A DNA stretch of 60,386 nt, from IMG/VR virus record IMGVR_UViG_3300048927_000480, positions 1-60,386 of that record, one strand, 5' to 3'. Below the pieces are notes generated by a model. The model was not told where the DNA came from. It did not search any database and saw only the letters and a list, made by a program, of their open reading frames with translations. Numbering within the stretch: position 1 is the stretch's first letter; each line of letters opens with the position of its first letter. A program made the translations under genes and the position numbers. This DNA comes from a virus. Positions 6,027-15,757 of this stretch are shown in pieces.

Positions 6027-7368
6027 GGCGGGCCTCCTTGTCCTGCTCGAGCACCCAGCTGATCGCCTGGTTCCGGGCGTCCAGCGACCCGGGCTTGCCG
6101 CCGAAGAGCGGGTGCTGGTGCTTCGGCGCGGAACCGTGCACCGCGAGCCAGCGGCCGTCGCCGCCGGCGTGCTCCGGGTCCAGCCACACCCAGCCGATGA
6201 CCTCGCTCTTGAGTCCGAGCACCTTCTCCGCGTCGTACGGCACGGTCAGCGGGCGGCCGTCCCGCAGCGCGTTCGCGCGTACCCAGGCCTCGGCGCCGTC
6301 GCGTGAGCCGAACCGCGGCCGGTTCTGCTCGTTGTCGTCAACGGCCGCGACCCACTCGCGCTCGTGTTCCAGGCAGTGCCGCGACTGCAGCTCCCAGACG
6401 TGGCCGATCACCGCGCCATCGGCATCCTCGATCGGCTGTTCCTCGTACCGGTCGTCTTCAGAGATGATCTTGATCTGGGACGGGTCCGTGCCCTGGAGCC
6501 AGTCGCTCATGCTCCGCGGGCCGCCGACGTTCTCCCCGAGTCGAACCGGCACCTGCTCGGCGGCCCGTCGGCGCGCGCCCGGGACCCAGCCAGCGTCGAC
6601 GAAGGCATCGGCCAGTGCCACCACGTGCTCCGCGTGCAGTTTCGCCCCCGTCACCTGCGGAAGCAGACGCCGCAGGTCCGCGGCGAACGCGGCCCGCCAC
6701 GAATCCACGGTGGTCAGCGCCTCGAGCTGCCCGCCGAGCATGACGAGGCCTTCGCCGGCCGCCGGAATCGATTCGAGAGCCGTCCCGATGACCGGGCCGG
6801 CGGCGAAGGCCTTCAGCGCCTTGTCCGTCGTCTGCTTGCCAGCATCACGGCATTCCTGGCACCGGAGGTCATTCGGGTCCGTGGCCGCCCGGGTGCGGTC
6901 GTCCAGCTGGCACACGCGGCACGGCACCTGGCCCGGGGTGAGCGGCCCGGTCTCGGCGAGGTCGTCGAACTTCGCCGCGAGCCGGTCCTGTAGACCGGGG
7001 TACCGCTGCTCGAGCGGCGATTCGGCGAAGGCCTTCAGCTCCGCGGCCGCGCCGAAGTTGCCCTCGCCGACCTCATCGGCCGCCATCCGGCCCGCCAGCT
7101 CGCGCATCTCGGCGTTCGGTTGCCGGAAACGTGCTGCTCGTTCGAGGGCATCTTCAGGTCCGGGCGTGTTGTCGAACAGCTCCGGCACCACCCCGACTGG
7201 CCGCGGCACCTCGCCGGACCCGGCGCAGCGGCCGATGCCCGGGAGATCGTGCGCGACCAGCGTTCCGGCAACCAGTGGGTATGACCCGCCGCAGCCATGG
7301 CACGGGAAGACCGGTTCCGGTGTTTCTGCAGCCTTCCGGAAGGCATTTGTCGTGTTTTCGTCCATCAT
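6016..7368 (-). CDS. Hypothetical protein with CxxC pairs (450 aa)
   Basis: ATGA overlap with the PrimPol-helicase stop. Motifs CHGCGG and CRVC..CQEC suggest zinc ribbons. Confidence 0.75.
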   Translation of the reverse strand: MMDENTTNAFRKAAETPEPVFPCHGCGGSYPLVAGTLVAHDLPGIGRCAGSGEVPRPVGVVPELFDNTPGPEDALERAARFRQPNAEMRELAGRMAADEVGEGNFGAAAELKAFAESPLEQRYPGLQDRLAAKFDDLAETGPLTPGQVPCRVCQLDDRTRAATDPNDLRCQECRDAGKQTTDKALKAFAAGPVIGTALESIPAAGEGLVMLGGQLEALTTVDSWRAAFAADLRRLLPQVTGAKLHAEHVVALADAFVDAGWVPGARRRAAEQVPVRLGENVGGPRSMSDWLQGTDPSQIKIISEDDRYEEQPIEDADGAVIGHVWELQSRHCLEHEREWVAAVDDNEQNRPRFGSRDGAEAWVRANALRDGRPLTVPYDAEKVLGLKSEVIGWVWLDPEHAGGDGRWLAVHGSAPKHQHPLFGGKPGSLDARNQAISWVLEQDKEARRGE

Positions 7369-10253
7369 TTGTCCTGTTCAGGTGTGGTTTCGCTGGTAGC
7401 GGTCCCGTCGGGGCGGAACCCGGTGAAACGGGTGGTCGACACGGGCCCCCGAGCCCGCGACGCCGCGGACCGGGCGGCTTCGGCCCGGCCTGCGTCGGTG
7501 ATGGCGTACTTCACTCCAGGACTGGGCATCTGCTGACCATGTTCGCCGGTGACGATGAGCTCGCCGACGTCCTCGATCTGGCCGCCGCGGACCAGCTCGT
7601 CGAACGCCTCTTTCCAGGCCGCGATCGTCGAGCCGCCGGCCCGCTTACGGGTGTCGCGCGCGGTGCTGATCGCCTTCGTCTTGGACAGCCCCTCGGGCGT
7701 GGCCATGAACACGACCAGCAGCTTTTCGCGCTTGGACACCGTCGAGTCGCGCAGGACCTCCGAGTGCTCGGACTCCGGGTCCTCCTGCTCGCGGGCGGTG
7801 ACGAGGTACCGCATCGGCAGCTCAAGCCGCCGGGCGTCGTCGCGCCAGACCTCGCGGTGAACCCAGTAGCTGCCCGAGGTCTGGCCGGAGACGTCGACGC
7901 GCAGGTCCACCGTCGTCCGGCCGGTCGGGTCGTCGGCGTACGGCGCCGCCGGCGTCCACTTGTCGACACCGACGTTGATCAGCACCCGGCCCCACTCGGC
8001 CAGGCCCGAGCCCGACCAGCGCTCGACGCCCTTGCCCTCGCCGCTTTTGTTCCAGTGCGCCGTGATCAACAGCGCCGAGTCCAGCTCCTGCGCGATGCCC
8101 TGGAGGTTCGAGAGCACGGTGCCCATCTGCGCGAGGTTCTTGCCGTCGGCGCCTTCGCCGGCGCTCATGTACCAGGGGTCGATGTAGACCAGGTCCGGGT
8201 TGAACACGACCAGGTCCTCGTACAGCCGGTTGACCGCCTCGGGCTGGTCGAGCTTGCTCGCGCCCTCCTGCACGTGGATCCGGCTCATCAGCTCCTCGGT
8301 GAGCTCGACGTGCTTGGCCGCCGCGACCGCCTCGATGCGATCGATGAACTCGACCTTGTCGCCCTCGTTATGCATCGCCGCAACGCGGCCTTGCCTCACC
8401 GGGATCAGCCCGAGCCACGGCACGCCGGCCGCGATCGACACGGCCAGATCGCACATCAGGAACGTCTTGCCGGCCTTGTACTGCGCGCCGAGCACGCCGT
8501 AGCTGCCCGCGCGCAGCACGCGGTCGATCAGGAACTCGGCCGGCTTCTCCTTCGCCGCCTTCCGCAGCAGCGCCAGCGGCTCGAACCCGCGGGCGGCCAC
8601 CCGCGCCGCATACGGGTACCGGTGCTCGGTCCACCGCCGCTCGGCCTCCGCCCGGACGACAAGGTCCTGGAACCGTCCCCGGACGAGGTTTTCAAAAGGG
8701 CCGTACGGATCGACCACCCCGGGCCCGGCCGCCAGCGCCGGCGGCACCATCGGCGGGACTGGCCCGGCGCCAGGTGGTGCGCCGACCGGCGGTAGCCCCT
8801 GCAGTCCCGGCGGTCCGGCGCTGGCCGGCTCGTACCCGAGCGTCTGCAGCCCGGCGGCGTCGAGTTGGTCCTCGTGCTGTTCGGCCCAGGCCTCGTACTC
8901 GGGAATGGCTGAAGTTTCCTGAACCTGCGCCGGACCGTGCGCCGCCGGTGCGCCATGATCGTGACAGGGGACGTTTCCGCTGGTCGAGTCGGTGCGCCAC
9001 GGTGCGCTCATGTACGCGGCGGTATCGTCAGCGCCACCGCGGTCGTAGTACCAGGTGTCGCCGTTCACGGGCGCCGCGGCGAGCGGGCCGGCCAGCGCCG
9101 ACGGCACGCCGGGGAGCGCCACCAGCGGCGGCGCTTCCCGCGAGATCCCCTCCGCACGGCAGGCCAGCGCGACGTTGCCGCCGTGGTCCCGCAGCGCCAC
9201 GTACTGGATCTTGGTGAAGGTCTTCTCGCCGAACGGCGTGTTGATCAGGAACTCGGGCGGGTTGTCGGTCCAGATGTGCAGCGGGCAGTGCCCCGGCGCG
9301 TCGTCGTACTCGCTGCAGCCGACGTCGTGCGCGGTGGCCGACTTGAACGAGGCGTGCACGCCGGGCGCCGTCCAGATCCCGCAGCCGCAGGAGTCGACGA
9401 TCCCGGTGTCGAACCAGCCGTCCGGCTCGAGCAGCTCGGCCCAGGTGACCGCGACCGACCAGCCGTCGATGTGCGCTTCGCCGGTGAACCCGCTCCCGCC
9501 GGCCGCCCGACGGCTCTCCTGCGCCTTCGCGCGCGAGCGCCGCTCGACGATGTAGTTGACGATCTGCTGGAGCAGCCAGTCCGGCGCCGGGTGGATGTCA
9601 CCGGTGAGCAGGTACGGGCCTTCCTCGCGCACCGAGGGCGGCACCAGCACCTGCCGGTTCGCCCACATCGCGATCCACCCGGACGGGTGCTTCATCGCCC
9701 CCTCGTCCCCGGGCAGGACGAGACTCGGCGGGAGCGCGAACCAGTAGTGGCCGCCGTTCTTGTGCTTCCAGGCACCATCGGCCGCCATCACCCCGGGCGA
9801 GGCCACCGTCATCCCGTACGGCAGCGGCTCACCGGTCGCCGCGAGCCAGCTGGCGGCGAAGGCCTCCTTCTCCGCGTCGGTGTCGACGTCGACGACGATC
9901 ACCCGGCTGGCGCCCAGCTCGACGCCGAGGTTGATCCGGCCGTGGTCGCGCACCAGCCGGCGGATGATCCGGTCGGAGTCCTTCTCGTCGGTGATCGCGT
10001 GCTTGATCGCGCACTCGTGCCGGACCAGGTCCCACCGGCGTCGGCCGGCCGCCCGAGCGCGCTCCTGCGCCTCCTGGTCAGCGCGCTTGACGTCGCGCTG
10101 GGGCAGCGTGCACATCGGCCGCTTGGTCCCCGGCAAGCACGGCACGATCGCGAAACCGGCCCGGATCGCGTACCGCGCGAGGTTGACGAGCGGATCCTCC
10201 CCGCCGGGCACTGCTGCGCCGAACACCGCGGCGAAGCTCGATTCCGATATCAT
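7365..10253 (-). CDS. Bifunctional primase-polymerase (PrimPol) / P-loop helicase fusion (962 aa)
   Basis: N-terminus: FAIVPCLPGTKRP, VVDVDTD (DxD) and GGHYWF, typical of PrimPol. Middle: Walker A GAQYKAGKT with RepA/DnaB-like RecA-fold context. ATG 10253 has GAGGAGAGG upstream; the ORF-track start at 10274 is TTG. Confidence 0.85.
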   Translation of the reverse strand: MISESSFAAVFGAAVPGGEDPLVNLARYAIRAGFAIVPCLPGTKRPMCTLPQRDVKRADQEAQERARAAGRRRWDLVRHECAIKHAITDEKDSDRIIRRLVRDHGRINLGVELGASRVIVVDVDTDAEKEAFAASWLAATGEPLPYGMTVASPGVMAADGAWKHKNGGHYWFALPPSLVLPGDEGAMKHPSGWIAMWANRQVLVPPSVREEGPYLLTGDIHPAPDWLLQQIVNYIVERRSRAKAQESRRAAGGSGFTGEAHIDGWSVAVTWAELLEPDGWFDTGIVDSCGCGIWTAPGVHASFKSATAHDVGCSEYDDAPGHCPLHIWTDNPPEFLINTPFGEKTFTKIQYVALRDHGGNVALACRAEGISREAPPLVALPGVPSALAGPLAAAPVNGDTWYYDRGGADDTAAYMSAPWRTDSTSGNVPCHDHGAPAAHGPAQVQETSAIPEYEAWAEQHEDQLDAAGLQTLGYEPASAGPPGLQGLPPVGAPPGAGPVPPMVPPALAAGPGVVDPYGPFENLVRGRFQDLVVRAEAERRWTEHRYPYAARVAARGFEPLALLRKAAKEKPAEFLIDRVLRAGSYGVLGAQYKAGKTFLMCDLAVSIAAGVPWLGLIPVRQGRVAAMHNEGDKVEFIDRIEAVAAAKHVELTEELMSRIHVQEGASKLDQPEAVNRLYEDLVVFNPDLVYIDPWYMSAGEGADGKNLAQMGTVLSNLQGIAQELDSALLITAHWNKSGEGKGVERWSGSGLAEWGRVLINVGVDKWTPAAPYADDPTGRTTVDLRVDVSGQTSGSYWVHREVWRDDARRLELPMRYLVTAREQEDPESEHSEVLRDSTVSKREKLLVVFMATPEGLSKTKAISTARDTRKRAGGSTIAAWKEAFDELVRGGQIEDVGELIVTGEHGQQMPSPGVKYAITDAGRAEAARSAASRARGPVSTTRFTGFRPDGTATSETTPEQDK

Positions 10254-10378
10254 GCTGTCAGCCTCTCCTCGCAAGACGGGCGATCAGCGGAGACTCCGGG
10301 CCGAGTTGAGGCCGGCCCGGAGCTTCGCATCTCGATCACGATACGCGCCGATCGCGCTCCGACACGGTTTCGTCGACC

Positions 10379-10618
10379 TCACCCATCCTGCCGCGGCGCG
10401 GCGGGCCGGAGAACCTCGTGACTGAATCGGTACACATGGTGCCGACCGTCCTCTGTGGACTTCTCCGGCGCATGGACATAGACCAGAATTTTGCCAGGAT
10501 CCGTTCGGGACGGACGGAGAACAGCGAGACAGGCAAGAGCCGTCCGTCCGCGGTCACCGTCGAACTGCCCGCCGACAAGTTCGTATGTGCCAACGCCTTC
10601 CGGCATATTTTCCTCCAT
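10379..10618 (-). CDS. Hypothetical protein (79 aa)
   Basis: Positional GC pattern sampled by hand at 10441-10500 favours this frame (middle codon position lowest GC). Acidic, protein-like sequence. Start uncertain (10618 or 10606). Confidence 0.55.
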   Translation of the reverse strand: MEENMPEGVGTYELVGGQFDGDRGRTALACLAVLRPSRTDPGKILVYVHAPEKSTEDGRHHVYRFSHEVLRPAAPRQDG

Positions 10619-10700
10619 GCCCGTACATTTCGGATGATCTGAGTCAGTACGGCAACTCCAGATCCTGCTACGAAGAGCAAAGTCCCCCAAAAGTTGAAAC

Positions 10701-12545
10701 TCATGCCGCGGCCCACCTTTCACCTAGGTCCAGCATGTCTGTCTTCAAAACGGGCACCCTCCCCGAGTGCTTGATGAGTCGTTCCGGCGGTGTCTGCATG
10801 ATCCGCCGGATGTCGTGAGCAGCCTCAGTCGCGCAGATGACCTCGTCGTGCATCGGGAAGTACACCGCGTCCGAAAGCCCGGCCTCGATGATTCCGATGA
10901 GCGCCTCGGCGAGCACGTCATACGCTGATCCCTGGACGAAGTAGTTCACGCCCTTGTGCGCGGCTACGCTTTGCCGGCCTTCGTACCAGCCGAGCGGGAT
11001 CGGTATGATACGACCGGAAACCGTTGGCACCAAACGGTAAAGCTTCGCTATCTCCCGGAGCTTGAAAGTGAACTGCAGCACCTCGGGCATCGTGCCGAAG
11101 ACCGCGTCCTTGATCCGCATTGCCTCGGCGGTGCCAACGCCGAGCTTTGACGCGGTGAGGTCCAGACCCTGTCCGTACAGTGTGCCGAGGGTCTGTGTCT
11201 TCGCCGGTTTCCGGCCGATGTGCGCGACGTTTCCGACGATCAGGTACAGGTCGTCGGTGCTGTTTTCGTACATCGAGATGATGCCGTTGTCGCCGGCAAC
11301 GTAGGCAATGGTGACCGGTTCGATCTGGGACCAGTCGATAGAGGTTCCGTTGCCGTCGAACAAGATGACGCCACGAGCCCCGGGCGGGAACTGCTGCAGC
11401 GGCGGGTCGCCGACCGACATGCGGCCCGTGGTGGCGCCGAAGTAATTGATGGTCGGGTGCAGGCGCAGATCACCGTTGACGTCGTACTCGGCCAGATCGC
11501 GTGCTTTGACAAGGTAATCCCGATAGGTCTTCGTCTTCTCCTTGTGCCAGTTGAATTCCTGCGCAACAGGGTGGAGCAGCTTGGCGAGGTCCTCTTTTTT
11601 CCCGGACAGGAGATCGGTTTTCTTGGTACGTGGGTAGTTGGCCGGGATCACACCTTGCGGCTCGAGCCAGCGCAACAAGCTCTGTGCGTTGCCGGGGTCG
11701 ATGTTCAGCCGTTCGAGCCGGGTGGCCTTCCGGTCCAGCTCGGCGGCGAACTGGACGTTGTAGCGGTCGAGGTAGTCCAGGTCGACGCGGTAGCCCTTGA
11801 TCGCCTTGGCCAGGCTCATCCGGTTCAGGCGCTGTTCGCGCTCGATCAGCCGCCAGGCCTCGCCGCCGGTGACACCCCACTCCGGGTACGGGTGGTCGGT
11901 GAGCCGGTGGTACGCCGCCGCCCGGAACGGCGCGTCGAGACGCGCCGTGACGATCGCGTCCGCCGCCGCGCCGCGGAGGTAGACCGGGCGATCGAGGTCG
12001 AACTCCCGGTACATCTGCTCCTTGCCGCGCATCCCGACTGCCTTGGCCGAGGTGAGCATCCCGTCCTTGTCGGTCGAGTAGCCCAGGTACCGCTCAGCGC
12101 AGTGGGCCAGGTTCTTCGAGACCAGGTTGTCCGGCTCGGCGAGCCGCGCGGTGAGCACGCCGTCGCGGATCTTCGCCGCGTGGTGCGGACGGATGAGCCG
12201 GTTCATCGCGAGGTTCGGCACATCGAAGCAGGAGTAGTGGAACACCAGCTCCTGCGCCTCGTCGATCATCCACCGGATGTAGTCCCATTGCACCGCGTCG
12301 CGCGGGTCGAGGATGACCGCGCAGTCCCCGTGCGGCAGCGGCGAGAAGATCACACACTTGAGGTTCCGCCCGGCTGCCTGCAGACCTTCGGACTCGATGT
12401 CGCAGGCCAGCGGGACGCGGCGCCGGATCAGCTCGATGCCGGCGTTGCACGCCGCGTCGCGGCCGACGTAGACCCAGGCGCCGAGGCTCTCGAGCCACTG
12501 CTTCCCGGTCCACGCCGGCCGCACGGGCGGGCGGAACCCCCTCAT
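10701..12545 (-). CDS. DNA polymerase I, family A, with 3'-5' exonuclease domain (614 aa)
   Basis: Exo I LACDIESEG. Motif A DWSQIEP. Motif B RKPAKTQTLGTLYGQG. Motif C MHDEV. Confidence 0.9.
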   Translation of the reverse strand: MRGFRPPVRPAWTGKQWLESLGAWVYVGRDAACNAGIELIRRRVPLACDIESEGLQAAGRNLKCVIFSPLPHGDCAVILDPRDAVQWDYIRWMIDEAQELVFHYSCFDVPNLAMNRLIRPHHAAKIRDGVLTARLAEPDNLVSKNLAHCAERYLGYSTDKDGMLTSAKAVGMRGKEQMYREFDLDRPVYLRGAAADAIVTARLDAPFRAAAYHRLTDHPYPEWGVTGGEAWRLIEREQRLNRMSLAKAIKGYRVDLDYLDRYNVQFAAELDRKATRLERLNIDPGNAQSLLRWLEPQGVIPANYPRTKKTDLLSGKKEDLAKLLHPVAQEFNWHKEKTKTYRDYLVKARDLAEYDVNGDLRLHPTINYFGATTGRMSVGDPPLQQFPPGARGVILFDGNGTSIDWSQIEPVTIAYVAGDNGIISMYENSTDDLYLIVGNVAHIGRKPAKTQTLGTLYGQGLDLTASKLGVGTAEAMRIKDAVFGTMPEVLQFTFKLREIAKLYRLVPTVSGRIIPIPLGWYEGRQSVAAHKGVNYFVQGSAYDVLAEALIGIIEAGLSDAVYFPMHDEVICATEAAHDIRRIMQTPPERLIKHSGRVPVLKTDMLDLGERWAAA

Positions 12546-12691
12546 GACTCGTGCTCCGAGCTGTCCTCGACAACCGAGCCGTCGACGAAGGTCTTGCCGT
12601 CCACACCAGGAATACGGCCGCAGACGTACGCCACGTAGCCGTCGTAGTCACACGGCTCGTTGTCTTCGTCAGGCAGCTCGGGCGCGGTCAC
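12542..12691 (-). CDS. Hypothetical acidic micro-protein (49 aa)
   Basis: GTGA overlap at its start and ATGA overlap with the polymerase start. Very high third-position GC. Below the ORF-track cutoff. Confidence 0.5.
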   Translation of the reverse strand: MTAPELPDEDNEPCDYDGYVAYVCGRIPGVDGKTFVDGSVVEDSSEHES

Positions 12692-12933
12692 CTGACGAAC
12701 TCCGCGGAGTTGATCTCGTGAGTGTGTGCGCCGGTCAGCTTCGCGTCCTGGAAACCGTCCTCGCGCAGCCGGGCGCGGTTGCCGGCCTCGTAGACCGCTA
12801 CGGCGAGGTCGTCCATCGTTCGGGCGAAGTCAGGACGGACCTCTCGCAGCACTTCCTGCAGCTTCGGCTGAGAGTTCCACTCGGCGACGACGTCACGCGA
12901 GACACGAAGGATCTGGGATCGGGCGCTGCCCAT
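12688..12933 (-). CDS. Hypothetical protein (81 aa)
   Basis: Complete ORF, tightly packed in the operon. Confidence 0.65.
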   Translation of the reverse strand: MGSARSQILRVSRDVVAEWNSQPKLQEVLREVRPDFARTMDDLAVAVYEAGNRARLREDGFQDAKLTGAHTHEINSAEFVR

Positions 12934-12936
12934 GAG

Positions 12937-13161
12937 TCAGCCGATCCGGGCCAGCACGTACGGCTGAGCGTCGTCGGCCATGGCCGCGTGCGAGGTGTTC
13001 TTCAGCTCACGGCACCCGATCTGCTTCCGGTCGTCGATGCCCGGACTCCACTGACCGGTCGGCGAGAGGATCTGTTCGACCAGAACGGTGCGGGAGTCGC
13101 CGACGCCAGCCGCCGCGATGACGGCGGCAGTTTCCTTGTACCGGCAGAGAAAAAGCTTCAC
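12937..13161 (-). CDS. Hypothetical protein (74 aa)
   Basis: GTG 13161 forms a GTGA overlap with the stop of 13158..13505. The longer ORF start is non-protein-like. Confidence 0.55.
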   Translation of the reverse strand: MKLFLCRYKETAAVIAAAGVGDSRTVLVEQILSPTGQWSPGIDDRKQIGCRELKNTSHAAMADDAQPYVLARIG

Positions 13162-13505
13162 TTGCTGCTCTCCTTGAGCTTCTCGAGGCGGTCTTGGCGT
13201 GCCTTGAGCACGCTGCAGCCCCAGGGGGCCTGAGTCCGCTTGTCGTTGGGGTTGGGGAAAACCCGATGCACGTCGTTGCATTCATCGCACTCGTACCACG
13301 CGATCGGTTTCTCATCGGGGTCGATCTCCGGAGCCTCGGCGGCCCAGAAGACCTTGTACTCGCCCAGGTAGTCCGCGATGAACTTGCGGAGCCGGACGCT
13401 GCCGTTTGACTGCTCCACCAGCGGCACGAGCTGGAGGAACGGCTGCCAGAGCTCGTCGGGCGCGAGGAACGTTCGCGCCTTGTCGCCGGGAGATGCTGCT
13501 GTCAT
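13158..13505 (-). CDS. Hypothetical protein with CDEC motif (115 aa); first gene of the leftward operon
   Basis: ATG 13505 (MTAASPGDK...). Adjacent to the AT-richer divergent control region. Confidence 0.65.
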   Translation of the reverse strand: MTAASPGDKARTFLAPDELWQPFLQLVPLVEQSNGSVRLRKFIADYLGEYKVFWAAEAPEIDPDEKPIAWYECDECNDVHRVFPNPNDKRTQAPWGCSVLKARQDRLEKLKESSK

Positions 13506-13528
13506 AAGTACGTACGCTAGCACAGATA

Positions 13529-13557
13529 TTGAGGAAATCAGTATCAACTGCTATGGT
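13529..13557 (+). promoter_or_regulatory. Putative rightward promoter TTGAGG-17-TATGGT
   Basis: -35 at 13529-13534 and -10 at 13552-13557, in the low-GC divergent intergenic region 13506-13585. Confidence 0.5.
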
Positions 13558-13585
13558 CGTGTTCCCCGAGCTCAGGGAGGTCCTG

Positions 13586-13714
13586 ATGACCGAGAAGCAG
13601 CGCTTCTGCGGCGGGATGAAGCCGGTCCGGAGACCGGAGCATGAAGAGGAGCCTCACCAGGCCCCTCCGCTGCCCGTGCCGGATCCACTGAAGCGGGACA
13701 CGCGGCCGCTGTAG
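13586..13714 (+). CDS. Possible micro-protein (42 aa)
   Basis: ATG 13586 with GGGAGG 6 nt upstream. Pro/charged-rich. Confidence 0.45.
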   Translation: MTEKQRFCGGMKPVRRPEHEEEPHQAPPLPVPDPLKRDTRPL

Positions 13715-13743
13715 AAGGGCACCGGAGAGGAATCAGTGGAGTG

Positions 13744-13836
13744 ATGCTTTCCCTTATCTCGATGGTGGTTTCGATTTTGGCTGCCATTGTGTCGATCGTG
13801 TCAGCCGTCATCACGAGCCGGATCAATCGCCGATGA
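13744..13836 (+). CDS. Possible single-TM micro-protein (30 aa)
   Basis: MLSLISMVVSILAAIVSIVSAVITSRINRR. ATGA overlap with the helicase start. GGAG upstream. Confidence 0.45.
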   Translation: MLSLISMVVSILAAIVSIVSAVITSRINRR

Positions 13837-15704
13837 CCCTGCGCCCGTACCAGCACACTGCGCGGGACAACACCTTCCGCGACTGGGCCGCAGGCCGTCA
13901 CCGGCTCGCGCTCGTGCTGCCCACCGGCGCCGGGAAGACCGTCATCTTCTCCGAGATCATCCGCCAGCACCGGACGCTGCACCCCGAGCTTCCCGTGCTG
14001 GTGCTCGCCCACCGCGACGAGTTGCTGCAGCAGGCCAAGGAGAAGATCGAGCACTGGGTGCCCGGGATCCCGGTCGGTATCGTCAAGGCAGCCCAGAACC
14101 AGATCTACCACCCGATCATCGTCGCCAGTGTCCAGACCCTCGCCCGCGGTCGCACCGCGCGACTGCCGCCGGTCGGCCTGGTCATCGTCGACGAGTGCCA
14201 CCGCACCATGGGCCCGAGTTACCTGAAGGTCCTCGACGAGCTGGGCTGCCGCCGGCCCGACGGACCGCGCACCCTGGGCGTCACCGCCACCTTCACTCGC
14301 GAGGACACCAAACGGCTCACCGACTTCTACGAGGCCGTGCCCTTCGCCCTTGACCTCGTCGAGCTCATCCTGCCCGACCCCGTCACTGGCGAGTGCTACC
14401 TCTGCCCGCCGCGGTTCCGCCGCGTCCTCATCGAAGGCCTCGACCTCTCCGGCGTCCCGCTCAGCCGGCTCACCACCGGCCGCGACTTGGCCGCCACTGA
14501 GCTCGCCGACGCCATGGACCGCGCCGGCGCCCCTGGCGTCGTCGCCGCGGCTTACCACCGGCACGCCGCCGATCGCTCCGGCATGGTGTTCACCCCCACC
14601 GTCGCCAGCGCCCAGGACGTCGCCGACGCCTTCAACGAGATCGGCATCTCCGCCGCTATGCTCTCGGGCAAGACCTCGATGCGCGACCGCCGACGGATCA
14701 TGGAGGGCTACAACGCCGGCCGGATCCAGGTCGTCACCAACGCCGCGCTCCTCGGCGAAGGCGTCGACGCGCCGATTACCAGTTGCGTGGTCGTCGCCCG
14801 GCCGACGCTGAGCAAGACGTTGTTCCGGCAGATGGTCGGCCGCGGCCTGAGGCTCTACCCGGGCAAAACGGACTGCCTCGTCCTCGACGTTGTCGGCGCG
14901 ACCGGTCGTAACGACCTGAAGACACTGAATGACATCACCGATCTCGCCGTGGACATCCACGAAGACGAGGACCTTGCTTCCGCGGCTCGGCGTGTCCTGC
15001 CCGCTGAGCCGCGGATCTCCACTTTGGACGGTGAAGGGAAAGTCTCAGGAAGCCTGTTAGCGGTCGACGTCGACCCGTGGGCCTTGGAAAAGGCGCGTAA
15101 CCGGCCGAAGAACGCGGCCGGTGAACCGCTGACTGATGAAGAGCTCGCCGCGATCCAGGAAGCCAAGGACCTCGAGAGGATCCGCAAGGAAGAGGAGGCC
15201 GAGCTTCGCAAGAAGCGCCGGTACAAGCACATACCGATGCGAACCGGCTGGTTCCTCATCACCAACGCGGGGCATCACTTCATCCAGTTCGAGACGACGT
15301 CCGGCCAGAAGGGCTTTATCATCGTGGTAGCTCTGCCGGATGGGCAGTTCGCCGTGGCACTACACGTTGACAACGTGCCGGACTCGATTCTCACAGTCAA
15401 GCCGTACGCCGCGGACGCGATGTCTGCCGCTGTGACAGCAACGCTCACCCTGGTGCAGGAAGCTGTCGAACGACACAGGGTTGACCCGGATGCGTCGTGG
15501 CGGCGTACGCAGGCCGGCGAGAAGCAGATCGAGCTCGCGGAGCGACTTTCCCGTGGCTCTGTGGATTTTGAGGAGTACCACTACAAGGGACAGGTCAGTG
15601 ACTTCATCACATGGGGGATGTGGCACAGAAAAGTGGATAATTTTGCCAGCCAAGTAGTCCAGATGGTCACGTCGTCTGCTACGCTGGCAGCGACATCTAC
15701 ATGA
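13833..15704 (+). CDS. SF2 DEAD/DEAH-box DNA helicase (623 aa)
   Basis: Walker A LPTGAGKT, motif II VDECH, motif III TATFT. Confidence 0.85.
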   Translation: MTLRPYQHTARDNTFRDWAAGRHRLALVLPTGAGKTVIFSEIIRQHRTLHPELPVLVLAHRDELLQQAKEKIEHWVPGIPVGIVKAAQNQIYHPIIVASVQTLARGRTARLPPVGLVIVDECHRTMGPSYLKVLDELGCRRPDGPRTLGVTATFTREDTKRLTDFYEAVPFALDLVELILPDPVTGECYLCPPRFRRVLIEGLDLSGVPLSRLTTGRDLAATELADAMDRAGAPGVVAAAYHRHAADRSGMVFTPTVASAQDVADAFNEIGISAAMLSGKTSMRDRRRIMEGYNAGRIQVVTNAALLGEGVDAPITSCVVVARPTLSKTLFRQMVGRGLRLYPGKTDCLVLDVVGATGRNDLKTLNDITDLAVDIHEDEDLASAARRVLPAEPRISTLDGEGKVSGSLLAVDVDPWALEKARNRPKNAAGEPLTDEELAAIQEAKDLERIRKEEEAELRKKRRYKHIPMRTGWFLITNAGHHFIQFETTSGQKGFIIVVALPDGQFAVALHVDNVPDSILTVKPYAADAMSAAVTATLTLVQEAVERHRVDPDASWRRTQAGEKQIELAERLSRGSVDFEEYHYKGQVSDFITWGMWHRKVDNFASQVVQMVTSSATLAATST

Positions 15705-15757
15705 CATGGCATGACAGCTAGACACAGCAAACCCATACGAGTGACAGGAACTTCGCC

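Noticed and set aside
10336-10716. Full-length 126/122-aa ORF in the frame of the small TM peptide.
   Set aside because: The positional GC pattern over 10441-10500 supports the other frame (10379..10618). Only the first 30 codons or so look like a real membrane peptide. Reported as an unresolved finding rather than a feature.
13572-14960. Long antisense or alternate-frame ORFs: 13572..14960(-), 17271..18425(-), 19165..20310(-), 20145..21983(-), 24580..25911(-), 27233..28222(-), 29086..30546(-), 31533..32828(-), 42729..44180(-), 4065..5315(+), 6008..7399(+), 7131..8795(+), 8937..10421(+), 11220..12638(+).
   Set aside because: They lie opposite, or out of frame with, ORFs that carry clear enzyme or structural motifs. 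They translate to Arg/Gly/Pro/Ala-rich strings typical of stop-codon-poor shadow frames in high-GC DNA. They also break the operon-like start-stop coupling.
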